Below, piece by piece: positions 44,160-53,748 of a stretch of DNA of 64,000 bases. Each line of letters opens with the position of its first letter. Within the stretch, counting starts at the first letter, position 1. The position numbers and the translations under genes were made by a program. Source of the DNA: Candidatus Elarobacter sp. (lineage in GTDB: Bacteria; Vulcanimicrobiota; Vulcanimicrobiia; Vulcanimicrobiales; Vulcanimicrobiaceae); contig DASZGA010000005.1 in NCBI GenBank assembly GCA_035939295.1, positions 1,791 through 65,790 of the forward strand, written 5' to 3'. The notes beneath the pieces are model-generated. The model saw only the letters and a program-made list of their open reading frames with translations, was not told the origin of the DNA and did no database searches.

Positions 44160-47100
44160 ATGACCGGTCCACCCCCGCACGCCGGCGCAGCGAGACCGCA
44201 AACCTCGCTCGCCGCGGCCCGCTCAGCGCTCTGGCCTTTCCTCGCCGCCGTTCTCGTCATCGTCGCTATCGATGCCGGCGCCTTCGCCGGCACACGAGTG
44301 CTCGGTGGCGACGCGACCGATATTTTATACCCGTGGTACGTCACGGCGCTCAAAACGTTTTGGGTGAATCCGGCCGGTGTCTACGACCCGTACACGCTCG
44401 GCGGGATGCCGACGTTCAACTTCGTCGCGAACTACGACCCGATCTACGCGATACCGCTGGTGTTCGGCGCCGTTCCCGACCTCGGCCAGTACCAGCTGCT
44501 CGCGCTCTCGCACGCGTTTCTGATTCCGGCGTCGCTGCTCGCGATCGGCGTCCTGCGCAGGCTGCCGCAGCGCGCGCTGTGGATGCTGGCCGCGTTGTCG
44601 GTCGTAGCGGTCTACCTCGGTCCGAATTTCAAATACGCCGCCGATACCGACGGCGGCGACTGCTACGCGTGGACCTTCGCGGCGCTCGCCGCCTTCGAGT
44701 TCTACCGGCTGCGCGGGCGGCTCGCGTACGCGGTCGTCATGGTGCTGTGCCTCGACTTCGCGTTCATGCGCTTCGCGACCGCCGCGGCGCTGCTGCCGCT
44801 CCTCTTCGTACCGCTCTTCATCTACCACTGGCGCGAGCTGTTCGCGCGGCCGAACGCGAAGCGCAACCTGGCGATCGCGGTCGCGGTCGGGATCGTCGTG
44901 CTGCTGCCGAACGTCATCATGCAGTACAAGCTGTACACGATCATCGCGGCGGCGGTGAACGTGCAGGTCGTCGAGGAAGCGAGCCGCACCGACCTGTTCG
45001 CGCTGCTGGGCATGCGAATGCGGGACACCGAGTGCTTCCCGCTCCACACGATGTTCGCCGTGCCGGGTGCGATCACGCTGCTGCTGATCGTGGTGCTGAG
45101 CTCGGTGCGGACGAGGTTCCGCCTGTTCTGCATCGCCGTTCTCGCCGTGCTGCTGCTGTACTCGCTGGGCAGCGTGACGCCGTTCGCCGAGCTCCTGCGC
45201 ACGGTGTACAAGCCGGCCGCGCTGTTTCGGCGGCCGTACGCCGCGCTCGAGGTCGCGCTGCCGTTCATCTTTTACCTGATCGCGGCGTACGGAACGGCCG
45301 AGTACGAGGTCAAACGCGGCGTGCGCGTCGTCGTGCTCGCGCTGACCTGCGTCGCCGTGCTCGGCGCGCTCCTGCTGTATCCGCAAACGTGGCCGCTGGA
45401 CCTCGTCCTCGCCGCGTCGACGCTGGCGCTGATCGCCGTTCCGTGGAACAACAAGCTGTTCGCCGGCGTGCTCGCGCTGCAGTGGATCGTGCTCGTCGGC
45501 TATCCGACGGTGAAGAGCGTTTTCTATCCGCAGCCTCGCGACACCGCGACGGAGCACTTCCGGCCGTTCCGCCAGCTGAACGCGTTTCTGCCGCCGGTCG
45601 GTGCGCGAGCGGATCAAGCGTTTCGCGTGATCGGCATCGGCGTGCCGGTCCAGCTCGGGATGTACGCGGGCGTGTACCAGTTCTACAGCGTCGCGCCGAG
45701 CCGCGGAACGCGCGTGCCGCGCGAGCTCGCGCTGCGGACGGGGGTCACCGACACCGACGTGCCGACGATCGGGGCGCTGTTCGCCGCGCATCCGGAACTG
45801 GTCGGCTCGCCCGGGCTGCGAGCGATGGCGGTTCGCTACTATTTCGTGCACCCGAACCTGTACGGGACGTTCGCGCCGGCGGCGTTGCGCGCGCACCCCG
45901 AGCTGCGCGCGGTACCGTCCGAGGGTTACTGGAAAATCATCGAGGATCCGTTCGCGCGCCCGTTCATCGCGAGCTACGCGCGAGACTCCGACGTTCCGGT
46001 TCGGCTCGACGGATCGCTCGGCTGGAACGGCGCGAGCTTCACCGCGCCGGCGGAGAGCGACCACGTCGACCTGGCGCTGCTGTACGATTCGTGGTGGACG
46101 GCGCGGAGCGCCGACGGCACGCCGCTGCCGGTCGGCAACGACCACGGCCAGCTGCAGATCGGCACGGCGGGCGCGCACGGCGGGCGCGTCGTCGCGGCGT
46201 ACGGTTCCCCGCTGTTCGCGTCCAGCGTGTGGCTCGCGCTGGCGACGTACGCCGCGCTGCTGGCGGGCGCCGTGTTCGGACGCCGCGGCCGGCTCAAGCA
46301 GCTGGCGGAGGCGGCGGCGCGCGCCGCCGCGCGCGTTCGCAGCGCGCCGAGCGCCGGCTTCGGACTCAGGCTCGCGCGGAACGTGCTGATCGCGTCCGCG
46401 GTCTACCTGTTCTCGCTGCAGTTCATCTTCCCGCATTTCGTCGCGCCGTTCGCGCCGTTCCACGACGACCTGTACGTGCCGGCGAACATGGTCGCGGTCG
46501 GAACGACCTTCGAACGCGCGCTGTACGCGCCGCGCCCGCTGCTGTGGATCACGCTGCTGTTCGCGGGGCGCTTCGGGGTGGAAGGCTCCGCGCTGTTCGT
46601 CTCGGTGATCACGATCGCCGACCTCGCGCTCGCCTTCACGCTGCTCGAGCGCTACATCGTGCGCAAACCGATGCCGATTTGGATCGTGGCCGGAACGTTC
46701 TTGTTCGCGATCTCCGGTCCGGGTTTCTATTTCGTGGCCGGCTACGACGTCGGCTCGTCCGTCGCGATGCTGTTCGGCTTGCTGGGCATCCTGTGTTGGG
46801 AAGCGGGTGCGCGCGACGCCAAGGCGATCGTCCTCACCGGGGTATGTTTCTCGCTGAGCACGCTCACGAAAGAAGGTTTCATTCCGGCGCTGTTCATCTA
46901 CGCCGCGTACGCGGCGTTCCGCGAACCGCTGCCGCGCCGAACGATCGCGGCGCTGCTCGCGCTGCCGGTGCTCGCGACGCTGGTCGCGTACGCCGACGGC
47001 CGGCTCACGAACACGCCGTTCGTGAGCTTGCACCCCGGCCACGATCCGTACGACGTCAGCCTCGCTCCGGCCGACCTGCTGCAATCGGCGCGTTTCTACC

Positions 47101-47879
47101 TCGAGCCGTTCCTGAGCCCGATCGTCGGCCTCTTGTTCGCGGTGCTCGCCGTGGGCGCGTGGGCGCGTCACCGAACGCGTCTGGCGCTGGGCGTCGCGGT
47201 GACCGCGTTCGCGCTGTGGATTCCCTATCTGGTCCTGCCGAATCACCGGCTCGAGTACTATCAGTGGACGCCGGTGCCGTTGCTGATGCTGCTGTTCCCG
47301 CTGGCATGGTCGCGCTCGAACGCGGAGCCCGAGGCCGGCTCGCGCCCGCAGCTGCGCGCGCGGCTGACGGCCGTCAGCGCGGTGCTGATACCGGCGTGCC
47401 TGGTCGCGGTGCTCTGGGGCCGAAGTCAGGACGCCCATGCGGGAGCGTGGTCCTTGCGGCAGCAGGACGTCAACCGCGCGATGCTGGCCGGCCTCGCCGT
47501 CGTCCGCACCGACGTCGACCGCTCGCGGGCGGTCCTGGTCTGTGGTTTGTCGTATCCGTTCCATCCATGGGAGCACGGGGAGTTTCTCACGCGCGATTAT
47601 GGTTTCGGCGGCGAATGGACGGTAGCGACCGAGCCGGCGTACCCTCCGATCCCCGAGCAGCCTCACGTGCGCCCGATCGACTACGCGATGATCCGGCTGG
47701 CGGACTACGACCTGATCCTCATCTTCGGGCCCAACGGTGAGCTCGACGGAGAATACCGACCCGCCCAGCTCGAGCAGCTCTCGCGGCAGCGCGGTCTCGC
47801 GCACGCGAGCGTCTACGACATCGTCAGCGCCGTGCGGAGCGGCCGGATCGCGAAGCAGCCTCTCGCTGCGGCACCGTAG
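44160..47879 (+). CDS. 1239-aa membrane protein: YfhO-like GT-C module fused to a second GT-C-like module
   Basis: N-terminal GGDATDILYPWY..YDPYTLGGMP, large periplasmic domain ending YDSWWTARSADG..VVAAYGSP (YfhO-like); second TM block with FHDDLY..RPL, STLTKE, HDPY, NHRLEYY. Confidence 0.6.
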   Translation: MTGPPPHAGAARPQTSLAAARSALWPFLAAVLVIVAIDAGAFAGTRVLGGDATDILYPWYVTALKTFWVNPAGVYDPYTLGGMPTFNFVANYDPIYAIPLVFGAVPDLGQYQLLALSHAFLIPASLLAIGVLRRLPQRALWMLAALSVVAVYLGPNFKYAADTDGGDCYAWTFAALAAFEFYRLRGRLAYAVVMVLCLDFAFMRFATAAALLPLLFVPLFIYHWRELFARPNAKRNLAIAVAVGIVVLLPNVIMQYKLYTIIAAAVNVQVVEEASRTDLFALLGMRMRDTECFPLHTMFAVPGAITLLLIVVLSSVRTRFRLFCIAVLAVLLLYSLGSVTPFAELLRTVYKPAALFRRPYAALEVALPFIFYLIAAYGTAEYEVKRGVRVVVLALTCVAVLGALLLYPQTWPLDLVLAASTLALIAVPWNNKLFAGVLALQWIVLVGYPTVKSVFYPQPRDTATEHFRPFRQLNAFLPPVGARADQAFRVIGIGVPVQLGMYAGVYQFYSVAPSRGTRVPRELALRTGVTDTDVPTIGALFAAHPELVGSPGLRAMAVRYYFVHPNLYGTFAPAALRAHPELRAVPSEGYWKIIEDPFARPFIASYARDSDVPVRLDGSLGWNGASFTAPAESDHVDLALLYDSWWTARSADGTPLPVGNDHGQLQIGTAGAHGGRVVAAYGSPLFASSVWLALATYAALLAGAVFGRRGRLKQLAEAAARAAARVRSAPSAGFGLRLARNVLIASAVYLFSLQFIFPHFVAPFAPFHDDLYVPANMVAVGTTFERALYAPRPLLWITLLFAGRFGVEGSALFVSVITIADLALAFTLLERYIVRKPMPIWIVAGTFLFAISGPGFYFVAGYDVGSSVAMLFGLLGILCWEAGARDAKAIVLTGVCFSLSTLTKEGFIPALFIYAAYAAFREPLPRRTIAALLALPVLATLVAYADGRLTNTPFVSLHPGHDPYDVSLAPADLLQSARFYLEPFLSPIVGLLFAVLAVGAWARHRTRLALGVAVTAFALWIPYLVLPNHRLEYYQWTPVPLLMLLFPLAWSRSNAEPEAGSRPQLRARLTAVSAVLIPACLVAVLWGRSQDAHAGAWSLRQQDVNRAMLAGLAVVRTDVDRSRAVLVCGLSYPFHPWEHGEFLTRDYGFGGEWTVATEPAYPPIPEQPHVRPIDYAMIRLADYDLILIFGPNGELDGEYRPAQLEQLSRQRGLAHASVYDIVSAVRSGRIAKQPLAAAP

Positions 47880-47885
47880 CCCCGG

Positions 47886-49184
47886 GTGAGCCAAACGATG
47901 AGCGAGCGACGACGCCCGCGAGCGGGTGCCGGTTTCGTCGGCGACGGCGCGCTCGCCGGCACGTCCTCGATCTTGGCCAATGCCGCGTCGTATCTGTTCT
48001 ACGCCGCGGCGATCCGCGCGCTCGGCGTGAACGACGGCGGCGCGTTGCTCGCGGTGATCGCTGCGGCGCTCATGATCTCGGTCCCGGTCGGCGTCCTGGG
48101 GCTCGGCTTGAGCGGCGTGGTGTCGCATCTGCGCGCGGTCGGCGACGAGGGCGGCGTGTCGAGCGTCCTGCGCCGCACCACGACGGCCTACGTGGGCGCC
48201 GCCCTCGCACTGCTCGCCCTCGCCGCGGTGAGCTCGCCGTTCGTCGCGGCGTTCTTCCACGTCGACGTGCCGCTCGTCGCGCTCGAGGGCGCGCTCGTCG
48301 TCGTCGCGATGGCCGGGCTGTTGCTGGTGCGCGGTTTTCTCCAGGGCTTCGGCGAGTTTCGGAGCCTCGCGTTCAGCAACGTCGCCGAGGCGGTCGCGAA
48401 GGGTGTGGCGGCCGGAACGGTGCTGCTCATGCACCTGCCGTTCGCGGCGGTGCTGGTGGCGTTCGGCTCGGCGCTGCTCGGCGCGTTTGCGATCTCCGCC
48501 GCGCTGCTCTACGTTCACGGTGGACACCACCCGGTCGCCGACCGCCGGGTGGGCACGATGCGGCGAGCCGTTCCGGTGCTGACGGCGATGGGCGCGCTGA
48601 CGGTGATGACCTTCTTCGACGCGATCGCCGCGCGCCACTATCTCGCGCCGCGCGAGGCCGGGCTCTACAACGCCGCGGCGCTCGCCGGCCGCGCGCTGAT
48701 GACGCTGCTCGCGTTCGTGCCGTCGGTGCTGCTACCGAAGGTTCGCCAGCGCGCGGTGACCACCGGGAAGACGCGCGAGGTCATGCTGCCCGCGATCGTC
48801 TTCACCACGGTGACGTGCCTGGCGTCGCTGGCGGTTTTCGTGGTCGCGCCGCACTTCGTCGCCGTCGCGATCGGCGGGCGCGCGTACGCGGATGCCGCAT
48901 CGCTCATCCCGCTCTACGGCGTCGCCGCGAGCGCGCTCGCGATCGCGAGCGTCGTGGCGACGTACCACGCCGGGCACGACCGCACGTTCGTCGGCGTGGC
49001 GCTGCTGATCGTCATGGCGCTGGAGATCGCGGCGATCGTCGCGTTTCACGATCACCCGGTTACGATCTTGCGCATCATCGTGATCGGTCACAGCGCGGCC
49101 TTGGTGAGCGCGATCGTGAGCGGAGCCCTCGAGGCCCGCCTGCGCTCCGCCGCCGCGCGGCGCGCTCAGCAGCCGACGGTATAA
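47886..49184 (+). CDS. Wzx/MOP-family oligosaccharide flippase
   Basis: About 12 TM; RGFLQGFGEF..LA, D.IAARHYL...EAGLYNAAALAGR, VLLPKV. Confidence 0.8.
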   Translation: MSQTMSERRRPRAGAGFVGDGALAGTSSILANAASYLFYAAAIRALGVNDGGALLAVIAAALMISVPVGVLGLGLSGVVSHLRAVGDEGGVSSVLRRTTTAYVGAALALLALAAVSSPFVAAFFHVDVPLVALEGALVVVAMAGLLLVRGFLQGFGEFRSLAFSNVAEAVAKGVAAGTVLLMHLPFAAVLVAFGSALLGAFAISAALLYVHGGHHPVADRRVGTMRRAVPVLTAMGALTVMTFFDAIAARHYLAPREAGLYNAAALAGRALMTLLAFVPSVLLPKVRQRAVTTGKTREVMLPAIVFTTVTCLASLAVFVVAPHFVAVAIGGRAYADAASLIPLYGVAASALAIASVVATYHAGHDRTFVGVALLIVMALEIAAIVAFHDHPVTILRIIVIGHSAALVSAIVSGALEARLRSAAARRAQQPTV

Positions 49185-50329
49185 GCGTAGAACAGACTGC
49201 GCAGCGCGCCGCCGCGCACGCCGGCATGAAACGGAAATCCCTGCGACCAGCTGCTCGGAACCGGTTCGATCGCGAAGATCTGGTTGCCGGTAGGAAACCA
49301 CAAGCTCCCCAGGATCCGGCCGCTGCGAACGTCGACCGCGTGGATCCCGCACCGGCTCTTGTCGACGTCGAGCCCGGGTGCGTACTGGCGGAAGCGCGGG
49401 ATCACGCGCGACGTGCCGACGAACGCGACATCGCCGGCGAACGCGAGCCCGCGCGTCCAGCCCGGCAAGCGCGTCAGCGGTTCGAAGCGCTCGCCGGCGC
49501 CGAATCCCAGCTCGCCGTAGCCGCTGTTCGCGACCCACACGCGCGCGTCGTGAAGGCGGGCCGAGTGCGGGCGCGTCAGGCCGCCGATCACCGGCTCGCG
49601 GCTGCGTCCCGAGTAGATCACGCCGAGCCGGTCGACGGGATAGCGCGCGTGTCCCGGCCGAAAGCGTCCCGGCGCACGGCCGGAGGCGGAGAAGAACGAC
49701 GAGGCGAGGTCGGGGCCGGCGGCGATCGAGTTCAATTGAATGTAGTTGCGATCGGTGCGCGGCGCGCCGTCCCGCTCCATCGACGCCGGCCACCAAACGG
49801 GACGTGCCCGGCCGTCGCGGATCGCGACGACGGTGTTCTGCCCGACCGCGTTCGCGTGCAGCGTGCCGCCGATCATCGCCAAGTCGTGCAGGTACGAGCA
49901 CCCGGGAAGATACCACGTCCGCGTCGGGACGAGCGGACGCGCCGCGATGCTCGCCTTCGCCGGCAGATCCCCGCGCGCGATCGTGCCCTCGACCGCGCAG
50001 AGCTCGTACAGCTGGTTCGGATTGCGCGTCGACGCGACGTAGAGCTTCCCGGCGCTGCGGTCGAACGCGACGCCGGACGGGTGGGGCAACCGCAGGTAGC
50101 TCAGGCGCGGCCGTGCGGCGGCGCTGATCGCGAGCACGAGGTGCTCGTACTCGCGGGTGACGATCAGCGTCGTCCCGGCTTGCTCCAGGACGCTCCACCA
50201 CGCGCCGGTCGCCCGCGCGCGCAGCTCGTCGCGCGGAACGGCGGCGTCGGCCCATTGGGCGACGATCTGCAGCGGCTCGCGCCACGCCGCGCCCTGCGCG
50301 TCGAAACGCTGCTGCAACGGATCGCTCAT
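49166..50329 (-). CDS. TIGR03032/DUF4915-family beta-propeller-like protein
   Basis: ATG 50329 coupled; YLHDLA, NAVGQNTV, PVWWP, DRNYIQLNSIA, GLTRPHSARL..RVWVANSGYGE, LPGWTRGLAF, VGTS. Confidence 0.7.
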   Translation of the reverse strand: MSDPLQQRFDAQGAAWREPLQIVAQWADAAVPRDELRARATGAWWSVLEQAGTTLIVTREYEHLVLAISAAARPRLSYLRLPHPSGVAFDRSAGKLYVASTRNPNQLYELCAVEGTIARGDLPAKASIAARPLVPTRTWYLPGCSYLHDLAMIGGTLHANAVGQNTVVAIRDGRARPVWWPASMERDGAPRTDRNYIQLNSIAAGPDLASSFFSASGRAPGRFRPGHARYPVDRLGVIYSGRSREPVIGGLTRPHSARLHDARVWVANSGYGELGFGAGERFEPLTRLPGWTRGLAFAGDVAFVGTSRVIPRFRQYAPGLDVDKSRCGIHAVDVRSGRILGSLWFPTGNQIFAIEPVPSSWSQGFPFHAGVRGGALRSLFYAYTVGC

Positions 50330-51024
50330 CGGCCCCGGCGCCGTAACCTCTGGTGCAGCCGATAGGCGCCGACGTACATGCCGAGCGCGGAGCGGTAGTT
50401 CGTCGTCGACGTGCCGCCGTGGCGGCGGGTCGAGAAGATCGGCACCTCGATCATCGGATAGTCGTTCTGCCGGCAGACCGCGTTGAACTCGGCGTCGATC
50501 ATGTCGTCGTCGGACTCGAGCGCCAGCAGCGCGGTGTCGGAGCGCGGGAACACCTTCGGCGTGCCGTTGATGTCCCAGCACGAGAGGTCGAACAGCGTGC
50601 GGCACTCGATGTTGTACAGCAACGAGCCGATGCGCCGCTGCACGCTCTCGCGGATCTTGCGGTTCGCTTTGACGACCACGTCGGGAAACGCGCGCGCGTA
50701 CAGCAGCAGCAGCACCAAGTCGCGGTCGGTCGTGCGGGCGGAGTTCGTGTAGCAGATCAGCGTGCCGCGCGCTTCGCGGATGCCGCGCTTGACCGCACGC
50801 CCCCAGCCGCCGCGCTCTTCGTTGAAGACGCGGACCCGCGGGATGACCGATGCCAACCGTTCGCACTCGGCAAGCGACGCGTCGCGCGCGCCGTTGACGA
50901 CCAGCACGATCTCGTAGTCGAGCCCCGCTTGCTGCAGCGCGCGGTCGTAGCTTCCGACGATGTCGCCGATATGATCGGCTTGGTTGTAGACCGGAAGGAT
51001 GACCGAGAAGAGCGGGTCGCTCAA
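50326..51024 (-). CDS. Short GT2 glycosyltransferase (polyprenol-phosphate sugar synthase-like)
   Basis: FSVILPVYNQ, VVNGARD, GGWGRAVKRG, DINGTPK, RRHGGTSTT; DxD replaced by YTNS. Confidence 0.75.
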   Translation of the reverse strand: MSDPLFSVILPVYNQADHIGDIVGSYDRALQQAGLDYEIVLVVNGARDASLAECERLASVIPRVRVFNEERGGWGRAVKRGIREARGTLICYTNSARTTDRDLVLLLLYARAFPDVVVKANRKIRESVQRRIGSLLYNIECRTLFDLSCWDINGTPKVFPRSDTALLALESDDDMIDAEFNAVCRQNDYPMIEVPIFSTRRHGGTSTTNYRSALGMYVGAYRLHQRLRRRGR

Positions 51025-51950
51025 GCAGGCGTCCGAGCGACGAGCGAGAGCACCCGTTCGACGATCGCGTCACGGCCCAGACCGTGCAGGTCGTGATAGA
51101 AACGCTGGCTTCCGCTGCGCGCGTCGGGCGGCGTGCGCACGCCGAGCCGCACGAGCCGGCTTCCGGCGCCCGTCTCGGCGATCGCTTCGGCGACCAGCGA
51201 GCCCAGGCCGCCGTTCACCGAGTGCGCTTCGACGCTGACGATCAAACGGTGCTCGGCAGCGAGCGCGGCGATGTCCTCGACCGGCGACGGGTTGAAGGTC
51301 GCGACGACGGCGACCGTCGCGGAGATACCGCGCTCCTCGAGCGCATCCGCGGCGGCGCACACGTCGGCCGCGATCGCACCCATCGTGACGAAGGCGCAGT
51401 CACGCCCCTCGCGGACGATCTCGGCGCGCCCGGTGCGAAAGCGGCCGTCGAGGCCGGGGATCGTCGTCTTCTCGTCCTTCCCGATCCGGTAATACACCGG
51501 CCCGTCGTGATCCCACGTGGCGAGCAGCGCGGAACGCATCTGCAGGTGATCCGCCGGCGTGACGATCGTCAAGCCGGCCTGCGGCCGCAGCGCGGCCGCG
51601 TCGTCGATCCCGTGGTGCGTCGGGCCGGCGTGCCCGTACTCGAAGCCGGCGCCGACGCCGACGATGCGCACGGGCAGATGATGGAGCACCGGGCCGTTGC
51701 GAATGAACTCGTACGGGCGCAGCGAGGCGAACGGGGCGATCGAGTAGAGGAACGGGATGTAGCCGCCCTCGGCGAGTCCGGTTGCGATCCCGACCATGTT
51801 CTGCTCGGCGACGCCGACGTTGATGAACTGATCGGGGAGCGCATCGGAGAACGGCTCGAGCGCCATGAAGCCGAGATCCGCGGTGAGCAGCAGGATGCGC
51901 GGATCGGCGCGCCCGAGCTCGGCCAGCGTTCTCGCGAGCGTCGACCTCAC
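51021..51950 (-). CDS. Split transketolase-like ThDP enzyme, C-terminal (pyrimidine-binding) subunit
   Basis: GTG 51950 coupled; LLTADLG, FINVGVAEQNMVGIATGLA, R.YE.IRN, G.THH, GPVYYRIGK. Confidence 0.9.
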   Translation of the reverse strand: MRSTLARTLAELGRADPRILLLTADLGFMALEPFSDALPDQFINVGVAEQNMVGIATGLAEGGYIPFLYSIAPFASLRPYEFIRNGPVLHHLPVRIVGVGAGFEYGHAGPTHHGIDDAAALRPQAGLTIVTPADHLQMRSALLATWDHDGPVYYRIGKDEKTTIPGLDGRFRTGRAEIVREGRDCAFVTMGAIAADVCAAADALEERGISATVAVVATFNPSPVEDIAALAAEHRLIVSVEAHSVNGGLGSLVAEAIAETGAGSRLVRLGVRTPPDARSGSQRFYHDLHGLGRDAIVERVLSLVARTPA

Positions 51951-52759
51951 GTCGCGGCGACCTCGTCCATCGCTTGCGCGAACTCTTCGGCCGACATCGG
52001 CATGTAGTGCCATTTGATCTGGCTCTGCATGTACGACACGCCGCGGCCGAAGACGGTGCGCGCCACCAGCGCGCGCGGCCGCGGATCGTTCCCGGCCGCG
52101 CTCACCGCTGCTTGGAGCGCCGCGACGTCGTGGCCGTCGACCGCTTTCGCGTACCAGCCGAACGCGGCGAACCGCTCGACCGTGTTGTCGATCGCGATCA
52201 CGTCCTTGGTGTACCCGAGCGCCTGCTGGCCGTTGGAGTCGACGAACACGGTCAGGTTCGAAAGGTTGTGCTGCGCCGCGAACATCACCGCTTCCCAGGT
52301 CGAGCCTTCGTTGAGCTCGGCATCGCTGAGCAAGACGAAGACGCGGCGCGCCGAACCGCTCTTGCGCGCGGCGAGCGCGCTGCCGACGGCCATCGGCAAC
52401 CCTTGGCCGAGCGACCCGGTGCAGAAGTCGACACCGGCAAGCGCGCTCTCCGGATGGACGCCGAGCAGTGAATCGTCACCGCAATAGGTGGCGAGCTGAT
52501 CCTCCGAGATCCAGCCGCGAAGGGTGAGCGCGGCGTACAGCGCGAGGGCCGCGTGCCCTTTCGAGAGGATGAAGCGGTCGCGCTCCGGATCGGCGGGATC
52601 GGCGATGCGCAAGATCCCGCCGTACAGCGCCGCGACGATGTCCGCGATCGACAGCGCCGAACCGATGTGCCCGACGTTGGCCCGGCGGGACTCGCGCAGC
52701 ACGTGCTCGCGAATGAGGCGCCCCGTCACCGGGCGATCGGCTGTTGCGGTAGTGCTCAT
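51947..52759 (-). CDS. Split transketolase-like ThDP enzyme, N-terminal subunit
   Basis: GHIGSALS, RDRFILSKGHAA, TGSLGQGL, SDAELNEGSTWEA, DSNGQQ, DGHD, TVFGRGV, WHY. Confidence 0.9.
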   Translation of the reverse strand: MSTTATADRPVTGRLIREHVLRESRRANVGHIGSALSIADIVAALYGGILRIADPADPERDRFILSKGHAALALYAALTLRGWISEDQLATYCGDDSLLGVHPESALAGVDFCTGSLGQGLPMAVGSALAARKSGSARRVFVLLSDAELNEGSTWEAVMFAAQHNLSNLTVFVDSNGQQALGYTKDVIAIDNTVERFAAFGWYAKAVDGHDVAALQAAVSAAGNDPRPRALVARTVFGRGVSYMQSQIKWHYMPMSAEEFAQAMDEVAAT

Positions 52760-52766
52760 GGTGTTG

Positions 52767-53738
52767 CTACGAAGGCGGGACGTCGGCGGTGCGGTAGAAC
52801 GAGCGGCGATCGCCGGTTTCGGCGATCCACGCGGCTGTCTTGCGGAAACCTTCTTCGAACGGCGTCGAGGCCTTCCACTGCAGCTCGTCGCGGGCCCGGT
52901 CTGTGTTGGCCACCCACGTGGTGGTATCCCACTTGCGCTTCGCCATCGAGTCCCAGCCGGGTTCGGCCGCGATGCCGAAGAGCTTGCGGCTCGTCTCCAC
53001 GACCGTGCGCAACGTCGTCTGGACGCCCGAACCGACGTTGTACACCGCGCCGGGCGGCGGGTTGCCCGTCAAGGCGGCCTCGTACGCGCCGACCACGTCG
53101 TCGACGTAGACGAAATCGCGTGCGACGTCCGGCGAGACGAGCGGCGGGTACCCGCCCTCGAGACCGCGCGCGATCACCGTCGGGATGAGCCGGGTCGGTT
53201 CTTCGAACGCGCCGTAGACCGAGTACAGCCGCAGCGTCGTCGCGTGCAGCCGCCCCGCCAGCGCGACGTGGCGCGCGTACGCCGTCGCGGCGGCTTTCGT
53301 CACCGCGTACAAGCTGTTCGGTTCGGTCGCTTCGTCCTCAGCCGGCGCATGGTTCTGAAAGCCGTATTCCGACGAGCTGCCGGTGTTGACGAAACGCTCG
53401 ACGCCGTGATCGGCCGCGGCGTCGATCAGCTTGACCGTTGCCTCCACGTTCGTGCGAACGCAGCGCTCCACGTCGTTCTGTGACGAATACGCTCCGTACG
53501 CCGCCAGGTGCAGCACCCACTGCGGCCGCACCGCGGCGAAGAGCGCATCGACCGACGCGCGGTCGAGCACGTCCGCGACGTGGACCGCGAGCGCGCCTTC
53601 GAGCCCGCGGATGCGCCAGTCCCGGTGTCCCGCGCGAACCAGGCAGTGCACGTCGTGACCGCGCGCGACCATCCCGCGCGCGACGTTCGCGCCGACGAAA
53701 CCGGTCGCGCCGGTGACGAGGACGCGTCGCGCTGACAC
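52767..53738 (-). CDS. NAD-dependent epimerase/dehydratase (extended SDR)
   Basis: VLVTGATGFVG, HLAAYG, NTGSSSEYG, SLYAVTK, LRLYSVYG, RDFVYVDD, YNVGSG. Confidence 0.88.
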   Translation of the reverse strand: MSARRVLVTGATGFVGANVARGMVARGHDVHCLVRAGHRDWRIRGLEGALAVHVADVLDRASVDALFAAVRPQWVLHLAAYGAYSSQNDVERCVRTNVEATVKLIDAAADHGVERFVNTGSSSEYGFQNHAPAEDEATEPNSLYAVTKAAATAYARHVALAGRLHATTLRLYSVYGAFEEPTRLIPTVIARGLEGGYPPLVSPDVARDFVYVDDVVGAYEAALTGNPPPGAVYNVGSGVQTTLRTVVETSRKLFGIAAEPGWDSMAKRKWDTTTWVANTDRARDELQWKASTPFEEGFRKTAAWIAETGDRRSFYRTADVPPS

Positions 53739-53748
53739 CGGCGTCGGG

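Noticed and set aside
50312-51024. Adjacent GT2 and TIGR03032 proteins both begin MSDPL
   Set aside because: Only five residues, with different start codons (TTG vs ATG) and no further similarity; most likely coincidence.
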